The position numbers and the translations under genes were made by a program. The notes under the pieces were generated by a model that made no database searches, was not told the origin of the DNA, and saw only the letters and a list, made by a program, of their open reading frames with translations. A DNA stretch of 30,669 bases from the IMG/VR virus record IMGVR_UViG_3300011339_000790, positions 1 through 30,669 of that record, one strand, 5' to 3'. Positions within the stretch are counted from its first letter, which is position 1, and every line of letters begins with the position of its first letter. Positions 8,458 to 17,443 of the stretch are shown piece after piece. The stretch is from a virus. Taxonomy: Duplodnaviria; Caudoviricetes.

Positions 8458-8520
8458 TATATTTGCATTTCCATACTTAAAGTTTAATTGTTTAGAAGAG
8501 TTTGCTATTAAGAATAATAG
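8458..8520 (+). ncRNA. Candidate antisense sRNA or late-operon 5' leader behind a TAnnTTTG promoter
   Basis: TATATTTG at 8458-8465, then TTTCCATACTTAAAGTTTAATTGTTTA, which is complementary to early-gene start regions. Small hairpin CTATTA-AGAA-TAATAG at 8505-8520. Confidence 0.45.
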
Positions 8521-8552
8521 ATTTGATTGGTTAAATAAATTCGATAAAATAT

Positions 8553-9752
8553 ATGCAAACGCAATTAGTTAAAATTAAAGATTTAAAAAACAATACAGGG
8601 CAAGTTGAAGGACTTCCTAAAAATCCTCGTATTTTAAAAGACGACAAGTTTATTAAGTTAAAAAAGTCTTTGGAGGATGACCCTGAAATGTTAGACCTTC
8701 GTGAGGTTATTGCTTATGACAATAACGGAGAGTTAATTGTTATTTGTGGCAATATGCGGTTAAAAGCATTAAAAGAATTAGGAATTAAAGAAGTGCCTAC
8801 AAAGATACTGCCAACTGAAACAAGCGTTGAAAAGTTAAAAGCATACACTATAAAAGACAACGTTTCTTTTGGTGACCACGACTGGGAAATGTTAGCTGAT
8901 GAATGGGATGCTGAACAGTTGGAAGAATGGGGGTTGGATGTGCCTGATTTTGAAGCGGACGAGGTTCTCGAAGCAGTAGAGGACGATTTCGATGCAACAC
9001 CACCCGAAGAGCCTAAAACCGTTTTAGGGGATTTGTACGAGATTGGAGAACATAGATTGCTTTGTGGGGATAGTACTGATAGCGATGCAGTAGCTAAATT
9101 AATGAATGGAAGTAAAGCGGATATGGTATTTACTGACCCACCTTATGGAGTTTCTTATCAATCAAATATGAGAACAAAATCAGATAAGTTTGAAGTATTA
9201 CAAAATGACAATGTATTTATAACTGAATGGATAAATAATTTGCCACTATTTTCAAATGGATTTGTTTTTGTTTGGACTTCGTGGAAAGTTTTAAAACAAT
9301 GGATTGAATTTTGTGAACCTATTGGAGAATTATCTAATTTAATTATTTGGGATAAAGGCGGCGGCGGTATTGGTGATTTAAAAAAAACATTTTCAACTGA
9401 TTTTGAAGTTGCTTTATGTTATAATCGAGGTGCAGAAATAAAAGGGAAAAGGCTTGGTAGTGTTTGGAATGTTGGAAAAGATAGTAGTTCAAAATATTTG
9501 CATCCTACTCAGAAACCAGTTAAACTTTCTGCAATGGCTATCGAAAACGTATCTATAAAAAATGATTTAGTTTTAGACTTATTTTTAGGAAGCGGAAGTA
9601 CAATGGTAGCATCACATCAACTTAAACGCAAATGTTACGGAATGGAATTAGACCCGAAATACTGCGATGTAATAGTAAAGAGAATGATTACTTTAGACCC
9701 TAGTTTAACTATTAAACGTAATGGTGTTGATGTTACTAAAGAATGGAAATAA
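8553..9752 (+). CDS. ParB-like N-terminal domain fused to a beta-class N6-adenine/N4-cytosine DNA methyltransferase
   Basis: NPR...ICGNMRLKALKELG (ParB-like); HRLLCGDS, FTDPPY, HPTQKP, DLFLGSGST and GMELDPKY. Confidence 0.92.
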   Translation: MQTQLVKIKDLKNNTGQVEGLPKNPRILKDDKFIKLKKSLEDDPEMLDLREVIAYDNNGELIVICGNMRLKALKELGIKEVPTKILPTETSVEKLKAYTIKDNVSFGDHDWEMLADEWDAEQLEEWGLDVPDFEADEVLEAVEDDFDATPPEEPKTVLGDLYEIGEHRLLCGDSTDSDAVAKLMNGSKADMVFTDPPYGVSYQSNMRTKSDKFEVLQNDNVFITEWINNLPLFSNGFVFVWTSWKVLKQWIEFCEPIGELSNLIIWDKGGGGIGDLKKTFSTDFEVALCYNRGAEIKGKRLGSVWNVGKDSSSKYLHPTQKPVKLSAMAIENVSIKNDLVLDLFLGSGSTMVASHQLKRKCYGMELDPKYCDVIVKRMITLDPSLTIKRNGVDVTKEWK

Positions 9753-10177
9753 TGGCTTATAAAACAGAAGAATTATTCCAAACTGCAATAGAGCAGATAA
9801 AGAAAAATAGATTAATATTTATTGAGGATATTATTGCTTTTTTACCTTGTAGAAAATCTACATTTTACGAACATTTCCCGAACGATTCGGACTACTATAA
9901 AAGGATGTTCGAGGAATTAGAAACAAACCGCACCGAATTAAAGGTGTCTATGCGTTCAAAATGGTATAAATCCAACAGTCCAGCTTTACAAATGGCTTTA
10001 ATGAAGTTGATAGGAAACCAAGAAGAATTAAGGAGGTTATCAATGCAACATATTGACCATACAACAGGCGGAGACAAAATGGATAAACCTACTGTAATAG
10101 TCAACAGTCCTGACATTGCCAAAGCATTTGAAGAATTAAAGCAAATGTTTGAAGATGAAGATAACAACGACGTTTGA
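9743..10177 (+). CDS. Putative terminase small subunit (alternative start 9752)
   Basis: Directly upstream of TerL; helix-turn-helix-like KSTFYEHF and C-terminal IDHTTGG. Confidence 0.7.
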   Translation: MEIMAYKTEELFQTAIEQIKKNRLIFIEDIIAFLPCRKSTFYEHFPNDSDYYKRMFEELETNRTELKVSMRSKWYKSNSPALQMALMKLIGNQEELRRLSMQHIDHTTGGDKMDKPTVIVNSPDIAKAFEELKQMFEDEDNNDV

Positions 10178-11312
10178 AAAGACCGCTAAAGCTTATAAGG
10201 ATAAGTTTAGGTATATCATTAATCAAGGAGGTACAAGAAGTGGTAAAACATATTCTACTCTACAACTACTATACTTTATAGCAAAGTGGAGCAAAAAGCC
10301 ATTAATCATACACGTTGTAAGCCATAGTACACCGCATTTAAAGGATGGTGCTATTGTTGACTTTGAACATATCCTAAATTCTGTTAATGAGAATATAGCC
10401 AACATACGAACACAGAACCCGAACACCTACAAGATCGGACAAAGCCAAATAAAATTTATAGGTTTTGACAATTCGGGCAAAGCACATGGGGCGAAAAGAG
10501 ATATACTATTCGTTAATGAGTGCAATTACATGAAGTACGAAATATTACACCAATTATTCCAACGTACAAGGGGAGCTATATTCCTAGATTACAACCCGAG
10601 TGCAAAGTTCTGGATAGATCCTTGCGGAATATTGGAAGACAAAAGAACTCAAGTAATACACTCCACTTTTTTAGATAATATTGAGAATTTAACAGAAGAC
10701 CAGATAAAGGATTTGAGAACCGCACAGCTAAAGCATAATCAGGAGTTAAAACGTGGCACAACAGGTTACTACTATAATTGGTGGAGGGTTTACGGTTTAG
10801 GCTTGTTAGGTAGGGTGTCGGGAACTATTATTACAGATTGGGAGGTCGCTCCATTTCCTGACACGGATATTTTCGGCTACTGCATCGACTGGGGAATGAA
10901 AGACCCTTTTACACTTACTAAGTGTGCTGTAAGTAAGCGCGACAAACAAATGTGGGTAAAGCAAGAAATTTATTCGAGCGGTTTAAATGTTAACAACTTA
11001 CTTGAAATGCTTAAAACCAAAATTAAGCATAAAAGCAAAGTAATAGTGTGTGATAATGCAAGACCTGATTTAATCAATATGCTGGTTTTGAATGGTTACA
11101 ACGCTGTCCCATGTTTGGGCAAAAAGAAGTTGGCCACCTTGCAACTCCTCCAAAGTTATAAGCTATTTGTCACTCCTGACAGCTTAAGCATTCAAGATGA
11201 ACTCTATAATTACAAATGGAAAGACCGCGCTGGCGAAGTGCCCGAAGACGGCAACGACCATAGTATCGATGCGATTGGATATTATTTAAGGTGGTTTGAT
11301 TATTCTTATTGA
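10155..11312 (+). CDS. terL: Terminase large subunit (PBSX/SPP1-like)
   Basis: Walker A QGGTRSGKT, Walker B LFVNE, DYNP, nuclease IDWG..DP and DHSIDAIGY. Confidence 0.95.
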   Translation: MKITTTFEKTAKAYKDKFRYIINQGGTRSGKTYSTLQLLYFIAKWSKKPLIIHVVSHSTPHLKDGAIVDFEHILNSVNENIANIRTQNPNTYKIGQSQIKFIGFDNSGKAHGAKRDILFVNECNYMKYEILHQLFQRTRGAIFLDYNPSAKFWIDPCGILEDKRTQVIHSTFLDNIENLTEDQIKDLRTAQLKHNQELKRGTTGYYYNWWRVYGLGLLGRVSGTIITDWEVAPFPDTDIFGYCIDWGMKDPFTLTKCAVSKRDKQMWVKQEIYSSGLNVNNLLEMLKTKIKHKSKVIVCDNARPDLINMLVLNGYNAVPCLGKKKLATLQLLQSYKLFVTPDSLSIQDELYNYKWKDRAGEVPEDGNDHSIDAIGYYLRWFDYSY

Positions 11313-11334
11313 TTTTTTTTATAATTTTGTAAAC

Positions 11335-12684
11335 ATGATAATAAAAAACTATATTTTCAATATACTAAAAGCGGTTAAGAATGAGCCGTTTAATGTTTTC
11401 GCAGACCAGCAGAAGCAAGGCGCGACAAGTGAAAGCGTGTTTATACCGTTGTTCTCTAGTGGGCGACTAGGTTTGAATATCAGCGAGGATATACTAATCA
11501 ACGATGGGTATATAACTAATGATATGGTTTACGCGGTTGCTACTCGTATAGCTAAAGTTACTGCTAGTTTACCTATTATATTAACTCAAGACGCTGAGTT
11601 TATCGAGGGTAAAGATGAACTAAAAACTTTTTTATTTGAGAATTGGCACGACAATGATAGCTTTGAACAGGCACTTTACAAAGAAGTTTTATATTTATTG
11701 CTTACTGGCGATGCTTACCACTATACACCCTACGAATACATGGGTGCTAAATTACCCATTAAGAACTATATTTTACCCGCTCAAAATGTACGTGCTTGGC
11801 GCGAAAGCCAAAGTATTTTAAGTGATATAGATAGATACGAATTTAATGACGGTGTAGCGATTAGAAAAATAGCACCGCTGGAAATTATGCACACTCATTA
11901 TTTCAATCCTAGCATTGAGTGTATTAGAAAAGCTGAGGGTTTAAGTCCTTTACAGGCTGGGTATGATTTGCTTAAAGCGTCAACTAATAGAAATATTGCA
12001 GAGAGTAGCCTTTACGAAAATAGGGGGGCAAGTGGAATTATATCATCTAAAAACGATTTAATTTTAACATCCAACGATAAAGAGATAATTCAAAAGGATT
12101 TAAACAGCCGTATTGGTGGGGCAAAAAATGCAAATAAGATTGTTGCATTACAAGGAGCAGTTGACTACAAGCAGTTAGGAATGAGCGCAACGGATATGCA
12201 GTTGCTAGGCATGAGAGCCGAACACCTACGCGCGGTTTGTGGTTTGTTTGGTGTTCAATCCATTATTTTCGGAGATGTAAGCGCTTCTACTTATGCGAAT
12301 ATGCAGGAAGCGATGAAAGACTTCTACAACCAAACGTGTATTCCATTAATGGAGCAGGTTTTGGCGCAAAAAAACAAACAGTTGATTAAACGTTATAATG
12401 CTATTACGGGATTGAATTATAAGATTGAGATTGATAGCGGTAATATTTCGGCATTAAAACAGGATAGGAATGCAGATATTGAAGCCGTGTTGAAATTGGT
12501 ACAAGCTGGTCTAATTACTATTGATGAAGCACGTACTGAGTTAGATTACCAAGCTTATTCAGAAGATGAAAAACAAAGTAAATTTGCTACTTTATTAAGC
12601 CCATTGGTTGTAAACAACATTATTGCAACAATGAGCGAAGAGGAAAAAGCAAAATTAATCAGTCAATTAAAAAATAACTTATAA
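11335..12684 (+). CDS. Portal protein (HK97 family)
   Basis: LLLTGDAY, GLSPL, QLGMSATDMQ, STYAN and G.ITIDEAR motifs. Start set at ATG 11335, just downstream of TAATTTTG (11322-11329). Confidence 0.93.
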   Translation: MIIKNYIFNILKAVKNEPFNVFADQQKQGATSESVFIPLFSSGRLGLNISEDILINDGYITNDMVYAVATRIAKVTASLPIILTQDAEFIEGKDELKTFLFENWHDNDSFEQALYKEVLYLLLTGDAYHYTPYEYMGAKLPIKNYILPAQNVRAWRESQSILSDIDRYEFNDGVAIRKIAPLEIMHTHYFNPSIECIRKAEGLSPLQAGYDLLKASTNRNIAESSLYENRGASGIISSKNDLILTSNDKEIIQKDLNSRIGGAKNANKIVALQGAVDYKQLGMSATDMQLLGMRAEHLRAVCGLFGVQSIIFGDVSASTYANMQEAMKDFYNQTCIPLMEQVLAQKNKQLIKRYNAITGLNYKIEIDSGNISALKQDRNADIEAVLKLVQAGLITIDEARTELDYQAYSEDEKQSKFATLLSPLVVNNIIATMSEEEKAKLISQLKNNL

Positions 12685-12685
12685 A

Positions 12686-13519
12686 ATGGAACTAAAACAC
12701 ATAATAGAGAATAAAAAAGAGTTGATAAGATTTAAAAAATCAACGGTAAAAAGGTTTGTAAATGGTATAAACCAAGTGCCTTTAAAGGTGTTGCAAATCG
12801 AAAACAAATCTTTACCAATGGACGAGGAAGAGTTGCTATATCGTACGATTATAGGCAATACCTATAATTGGTTAGATAATCATGGGGACGTACATTTAGG
12901 CGGTTGTTTTGCGAAATCAATTAACGAAAATGTACCGTTCATTTTAGCTGATCATAAACCCGATGTAACGGCAAAGATTGGTAAGGCTTTAAAAACATTG
13001 GAATTAGAATTAAGCTGGGAGCAGTTGGGAATTGATAAAGAGGGCACAACAGAGAGTTTAGTTAGTGATGTGGAAATAATCAAAGCTTTAAATCCTAGCA
13101 TATTCCACCAATATAAAAATAATATGATTAACCAACATAGCGTTGGGATGCAGTATGTTACCATTGATTTAGCAATTAACGACACCTATGATAAAGACGG
13201 TTTTGCTAACTGGGGCAAATATTTACCATTACTAGGGAATGAAAAAGACGCGGATGAATGTGGTTACTTTTGGATTGTAAAGGAAGCGAAATTATTTGAA
13301 ATAAGCGCGGTTTTGCAAGGTAGTAACACTTTGACTGGTGTACTCGATAATAATACAACAGATGAAGCGCAAATAGAGAAAATTTATAATAAATTTGGAG
13401 ATATAGATAAATTTTATGAATTTTGCAATAGCACTCTAAAAGCTGAGCCGAATGTTATCACTCAAATTGAAGAAACGCAACCAAAGAAAAATTTTTATAA
13501 ACACTTAATTAAAAAATAA
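12686..13519 (+). CDS. Prohead protease
   Basis: Between portal and capsid; D.HGDV...F.KSI, ADH, HSVG and EAKLFEISAV..GSN motifs. Confidence 0.85.
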   Translation: MELKHIIENKKELIRFKKSTVKRFVNGINQVPLKVLQIENKSLPMDEEELLYRTIIGNTYNWLDNHGDVHLGGCFAKSINENVPFILADHKPDVTAKIGKALKTLELELSWEQLGIDKEGTTESLVSDVEIIKALNPSIFHQYKNNMINQHSVGMQYVTIDLAINDTYDKDGFANWGKYLPLLGNEKDADECGYFWIVKEAKLFEISAVLQGSNTLTGVLDNNTTDEAQIEKIYNKFGDIDKFYEFCNSTLKAEPNVITQIEETQPKKNFYKHLIKK

Positions 13520-13523
13520 CAAA

Positions 13524-14804
13524 ATGAAAAAATCTGTTAAAAAAATGGACGGCTTTACGTCCGAAACAACATTAGAGCAATTCTTAGTATTGCAAGGTAT
13601 TGAAAATTTCGATGAATTACCTGAAGAGCAACAAGCAGAATTAGTTGCTATGTACCAAGAAGAGTTAGCAAAGTTAGCTTCTAATTTAGAGGAAGAGAAC
13701 AAAGGCTTAAAAAATGAAATTAAAGTAGTTAAAAACCAAATGGAAGTTGGCTTCAAAGAAATTTCCACAAAATTAGAAAAAATGAAAACAGTAAATCAAA
13801 TTGCAAAATCTTTCTCTCAGGAGTTAAGAGCAAGTTTAGAAGCGAATAAAGACGCGTTAAAATCTTTGAAAGAAAAAGGCGAGGGACGTTTATCGTTCAA
13901 AGCAGTTGGTAACATGACTTTCGCAAATGTAAGCGGTGGAAATGTACCAGTTGAGGATAGAATTGAGGGTTTAAATGGTATTGCATCGAGAGATACAAAG
14001 TTTTTAAACTCTTTACAACCTCGCGCGACTTCTTCTAATGTAATTAGCTGGGTTGCACAAGCTAACCAAGAAGGTACAGCTGGGCAAACAGGCGAAGGGT
14101 TATTGAAAAATAAAATCGATTTCGATTTAGTTGTTTCTAGTGAAAACGTTAAAAAAACAACTGCTTTCATTAAAGTATCAAACGAGATGTTGGACGATAT
14201 AGATTGGATGCAAAGCGAAATTGAGGCGGAATTAATGCGCGAATTGTATAAGGCTGTTGAAAACACTGCATTTAGTGGTAACGGTAGCGGTACTAACTTA
14301 AGAGGTGTAAACACTGTTGCAACTGCATTTGCGATTACGGGTGCAGACTTCGATGCTCCGATTGATAACGCTAACGTAGTGGATGTATTGGTAGCAGGTA
14401 ATTTACAAATTGAGTTAGCAGAGCAAGGAAGCGCAAATTTAGCGTTTTTAAACCCTAGAGATGTTGCATCTTTAAAAGTTGCTAAAGTAACGGCGACTGA
14501 TAAGAGATATATCGACCGTTTACAAGCTATCGGTTCATCTTTATTGTTGGACGGGGTTACGAAAATCGTACCTACTACTTTAGTACCAGCTGGTACTTTC
14601 TTAATGGGTAACTTCGACAAAGCTTTCTTAGTTGAAAAAGACGGTGTTAAGTATGATTTAGGTTACGAAAATGATGACTTCACAAAAAACTTTGTTACTT
14701 TACGTGCAGAGTGGAGAGGTGCGGTTGTTGTTAAGACTAACGACAGAACAGCATTTGTAAAAGGAACATTCTCTACAGCTATTGCAAGTTTAGAAACAAC
14801 CTAA
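13524..14804 (+). CDS. Major capsid protein (HK97 fold, N-terminal coiled-coil scaffold domain)
   Basis: GEG..K, KVSNEMLDD, GNGSGTNLRG, NPRD and DDFTKNFVTLRAEWR motifs. Confidence 0.95.
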   Translation: MKKSVKKMDGFTSETTLEQFLVLQGIENFDELPEEQQAELVAMYQEELAKLASNLEEENKGLKNEIKVVKNQMEVGFKEISTKLEKMKTVNQIAKSFSQELRASLEANKDALKSLKEKGEGRLSFKAVGNMTFANVSGGNVPVEDRIEGLNGIASRDTKFLNSLQPRATSSNVISWVAQANQEGTAGQTGEGLLKNKIDFDLVVSSENVKKTTAFIKVSNEMLDDIDWMQSEIEAELMRELYKAVENTAFSGNGSGTNLRGVNTVATAFAITGADFDAPIDNANVVDVLVAGNLQIELAEQGSANLAFLNPRDVASLKVAKVTATDKRYIDRLQAIGSSLLLDGVTKIVPTTLVPAGTFLMGNFDKAFLVEKDGVKYDLGYENDDFTKNFVTLRAEWRGAVVVKTNDRTAFVKGTFSTAIASLETT

Positions 14805-14827
14805 TACCCAGCCATAGGGGTTAAATA

Positions 14828-14861
14828 AGAGGGGTGGAGTGTAATGCTTCACCCTTTTTTT
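14828..14861 (+). terminator. Intrinsic terminator after the capsid gene
   Basis: GGGGTGGAGT-GTAAT-GCTTCACCCT stem-loop followed by a T-tract. Confidence 0.8.
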
Positions 14862-14873
14862 ATACTTAAAATT

Positions 14874-15698
14874 ATGAAGAAACTTGTTTTTATAATTGCT
14901 ATTTATAAACGGCACGATTTGACTAAGATAGTGCTAGATTACTATCGGAAGCTAAGTAAAAAATACGGCTTTACGGTTGTTATTGCTGGAAGTGAGGGGC
15001 AGATAAGTAAGGATTTAGCAAAAGGATTGGTTTATATTGAAACAGAAAACAATCCGTTAACAGCTAAAAACAACGCGATGATGTTGAAAGCAAAGGAATT
15101 TAATCCCGATGCTGTGGTGTTATTAGGGAGCGATGATTTAATTTGCGAAAATGTAATACAATGGTATTACTCACTAGATACAGAAAAAGTAATGGGATTT
15201 AGTGATATTTACTTCTATTCAACACAACATAAAATTACAAGCCATTTAACGTTGGATAAACATTTTGGAGCTGGTAGGTACTACTCTAAAAGCGTACTTG
15301 ATAAATGTAATTTTAAAGCGTGGACTGGCAAACTGAACAAAGGGTGTGATAATAATAGTGAAAAGTATTTGCGTGGCTTAGGTGTAGAATTTGATCGGAT
15401 ACCATTAGATAAAATCAATGGTTTTTTAATTGATATAAAGCACGATTATAATATTTCGAGTAAAAATATTATCTTTGTAGGAAACCAAATTAATAATGAA
15501 ATTATGGCAAAGAAATTAAATAAAGAAGTTGCTACAAAAGTAGAAAATTTAACATTTACACCGAAAGCGGTAAAAAGTGATAAAATAAAGTTTATTGGAA
15601 ATGGCAAAGAAGCAACATTAGGCACTAAAACTTTTTACATAGATAAATTAAAAGCTGAGGTATTTGTTAAAAAAGGGTGGGGGAAAATATGCGAATAG
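14874..15698 (+). CDS. GT-A/GT2-like glycosyltransferase with a C-terminal ~64-aa basic domain
   Basis: N-terminal FIIAIYKR, VVIAGSE, K.N and VLLGSDD (DxD-like) motifs, then GAGR and D...L. Start moved to ATG 14874 because 14844 lies inside the terminator. Confidence 0.7.
   Translation: MKKLVFIIAIYKRHDLTKIVLDYYRKLSKKYGFTVVIAGSEGQISKDLAKGLVYIETENNPLTAKNNAMMLKAKEFNPDAVVLLGSDDLICENVIQWYYSLDTEKVMGFSDIYFYSTQHKITSHLTLDKHFGAGRYYSKSVLDKCNFKAWTGKLNKGCDNNSEKYLRGLGVEFDRIPLDKINGFLIDIKHDYNISSKNIIFVGNQINNEIMAKKLNKEVATKVENLTFTPKAVKSDKIKFIGNGKEATLGTKTFYIDKLKAEVFVKKGWGKICE
15470..15477 (+). promoter_or_regulatory. Internal promoter -7 box within the glycosyltransferase gene
   Basis: TATCTTTG about 27 nt upstream of in-frame ATG 15504, which has an A-rich leader. 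Confidence 0.5.
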
Positions 15699-16402
15699 TC
15701 GTAGCTGGTAAATCGTATAATGTACGTACTACTTTACAAGAATTTAAGATAAAAGATTTAATTTGGGCAAACCAACTATTGCCAAAATGCGACTACTCCT
15801 TTAAGTGGTGTATTGAGTTTCTGTTAAAAGCGTCCGATATGCCATTAAATATCCTTGAAAGACTAGATTTAGAAAAGGATTTAGTCCCTATTTGCGAGTT
15901 ATCGGTGCTAGGTTTGCGTATTCCTGATACTTATTTGGAACAAGATTTTGTTAAAATAGAGGGTAAAAAATACGAAAAACGCAAGGAATTGCAAACATTG
16001 TCAGGAATGAGGGTTTGGTTAGGCAATAATAACTACAAGCAATTTGCACTTATGGGGCAAATGCACGACATTATAAGCAAAGCAAAGCAAACGGATGCAA
16101 CAGCCTTAGCAAGTTTAAATGCGGTTTTGTATGGCTCGGATTTTAGCGACAAAGCCATAGAAGAGCGAACCAAACTTTTTATGAACTTAAATTTGCTAGA
16201 AGCTTTTAGCGGTTTTTTTTTGTTTCAAAAGGACTTGAGCAGATTTCAAAGTTTTTTATCGGAATTTTCCGAAATGAAGATGCTAGTGGTGGAAAAATTA
16301 GAAAAGAGTTTAGCGCCATTGTCGAGCAAAATTTTTGGATTGCGTTTGGTTACGAAGTTGCAAGTGATGCGGTTTATAATGCGAATGGCAAAACACCTTT
16401 AG
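15689..16402 (+). CDS. Putative tail assembly chaperone (0-frame product)
   Basis: Contains a GG-T9-G slippery run at 16211-16222 with an open -1 frame after it, as in lambda G/GT-type chaperone pairs. Confidence 0.65.
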   Translation: MRIVVAGKSYNVRTTLQEFKIKDLIWANQLLPKCDYSFKWCIEFLLKASDMPLNILERLDLEKDLVPICELSVLGLRIPDTYLEQDFVKIEGKKYEKRKELQTLSGMRVWLGNNNYKQFALMGQMHDIISKAKQTDATALASLNAVLYGSDFSDKAIEERTKLFMNLNLLEAFSGFFLFQKDLSRFQSFLSEFSEMKMLVVEKLEKSLAPLSSKIFGLRLVTKLQVMRFIMRMAKHL

Positions 16403-16488
16403 AAAGTGTATTGGAGGAAAACTGTTTAACAATATTGGACTACTTGAATGTGAAGTTAGCAAAACTAAAAATGTATAAAAATGATTGA
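16213..16488 (+). CDS. -1 frameshift extension of the tail assembly chaperone
   Basis: The -1 frame reads FFFVSKGLEQISKFF...FWIAFGYEVASDAVYNANGKTPLESVLEENCLTILDYLNVKLAKLKMYKND*. It has no upstream ATG, and its stop overlaps the next gene start. Confidence 0.7.
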   Translation, partial: FFFVSKGLEQISKFFIGIFRNEDASGGKIRKEFSAIVEQNFWIAFGYEVASDAVYNANGKTPLESVLEENCLTILDYLNVKLAKLKMYKND

Positions 16489-16951
16489 TACGATTATAAC
16501 ATTAATGGAAGAGGTTGCAACGGCTTACACCGCGGTAAATTCCTTTTCTTACGAAAGCCCGTTTGAAATGAACGGCGCACCTAGTAGGCTATACCCACAC
16601 GTATTAGTATCCGATACACCCGACTATCAAAACATTGGTAATTATAGAGAAAACGGAATGCAAAACCAAACACGTTGGACTTTGAGAGTATTTTTGTATG
16701 ATGTTTACAACATGGAAGAGCGCGGAACTACTGCAAGACCTGTTAAACAGCAGACTTTAAAAAACATTATGGATAGATACATGGCTGAGGTAAAGCGCAA
16801 AGCGTTGCATGAATTGGGGTATAATATAGAGATTAGCGGTGGATTTCTTGCCAAACGTGCAATGAATGGCAAATTTGAGCAAGTTACAGCGAATTTAACG
16901 GTTGTTACTGCAAACACTTGTACTTTAGGGGAGTTTGAATATGGAGAATAA
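16481..16951 (+). CDS. Putative tail terminator/completion protein
   Basis: Size, position and YP...V pattern; inferred from context. Confidence 0.5.
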   Translation: MIDTIITLMEEVATAYTAVNSFSYESPFEMNGAPSRLYPHVLVSDTPDYQNIGNYRENGMQNQTRWTLRVFLYDVYNMEERGTTARPVKQQTLKNIMDRYMAEVKRKALHELGYNIEISGGFLAKRAMNGKFEQVTANLTVVTANTCTLGEFEYGE

Positions 16952-17438
16952 AAGTGCGGAGTTAATTGCTTTATTTGTGATTGACTTTATAAAGGCTGAG
17001 TTTGTGGCGCAAGGACATAGCAATACAGGTAAGTTAGAAGATAGTTTAACTTGGAAATTAGAGGGTAATAAGATTAATATTTACGGTGTTGACTATGCGA
17101 AATGGGTAGAAAGTGGACGCGAAAAAGGAGCTAAACGTATTCCGATAGATGCGTTAATTACATGGGTTGAACAACGAGGGATTGCAAGTGGGGACAAAGA
17201 GGTTAAGAATGTTGCTTATGCAATACAGCAAAAAATATTTCAAGAAGGTAGTCCGACAAATGGAAGTTTACAATTTTCAAACAATGGTAGAAGAGATAAA
17301 TTTATTACGTATGCCATAAGCGAAAACGAAAAAGCTATTTTCGATAAGATTTCGGATGTAATGGGTAGGATGATAGTGGGGCAATTTGAAGACATGATGC
17401 AAGAAGCAAGAAGATTATATTTTAATAATAAAAAATAA
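16935..17438 (+). CDS. Putative tail completion/neck protein (HK97 gp10-like)
   Basis: TGKLEDSL...YAKWVESGR...P...L..W...G motif. Confidence 0.6.
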   Translation: MNMENKSAELIALFVIDFIKAEFVAQGHSNTGKLEDSLTWKLEGNKINIYGVDYAKWVESGREKGAKRIPIDALITWVEQRGIASGDKEVKNVAYAIQQKIFQEGSPTNGSLQFSNNGRRDKFITYAISENEKAIFDKISDVMGRMIVGQFEDMMQEARRLYFNNKK

Positions 17439-17443
17439 AGATT

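Noticed and set aside
13817-14620. 267-aa antisense ORF
   Set aside because: It lies entirely opposite the capsid gene, as expected from codon bias, and has no recognisable motifs.
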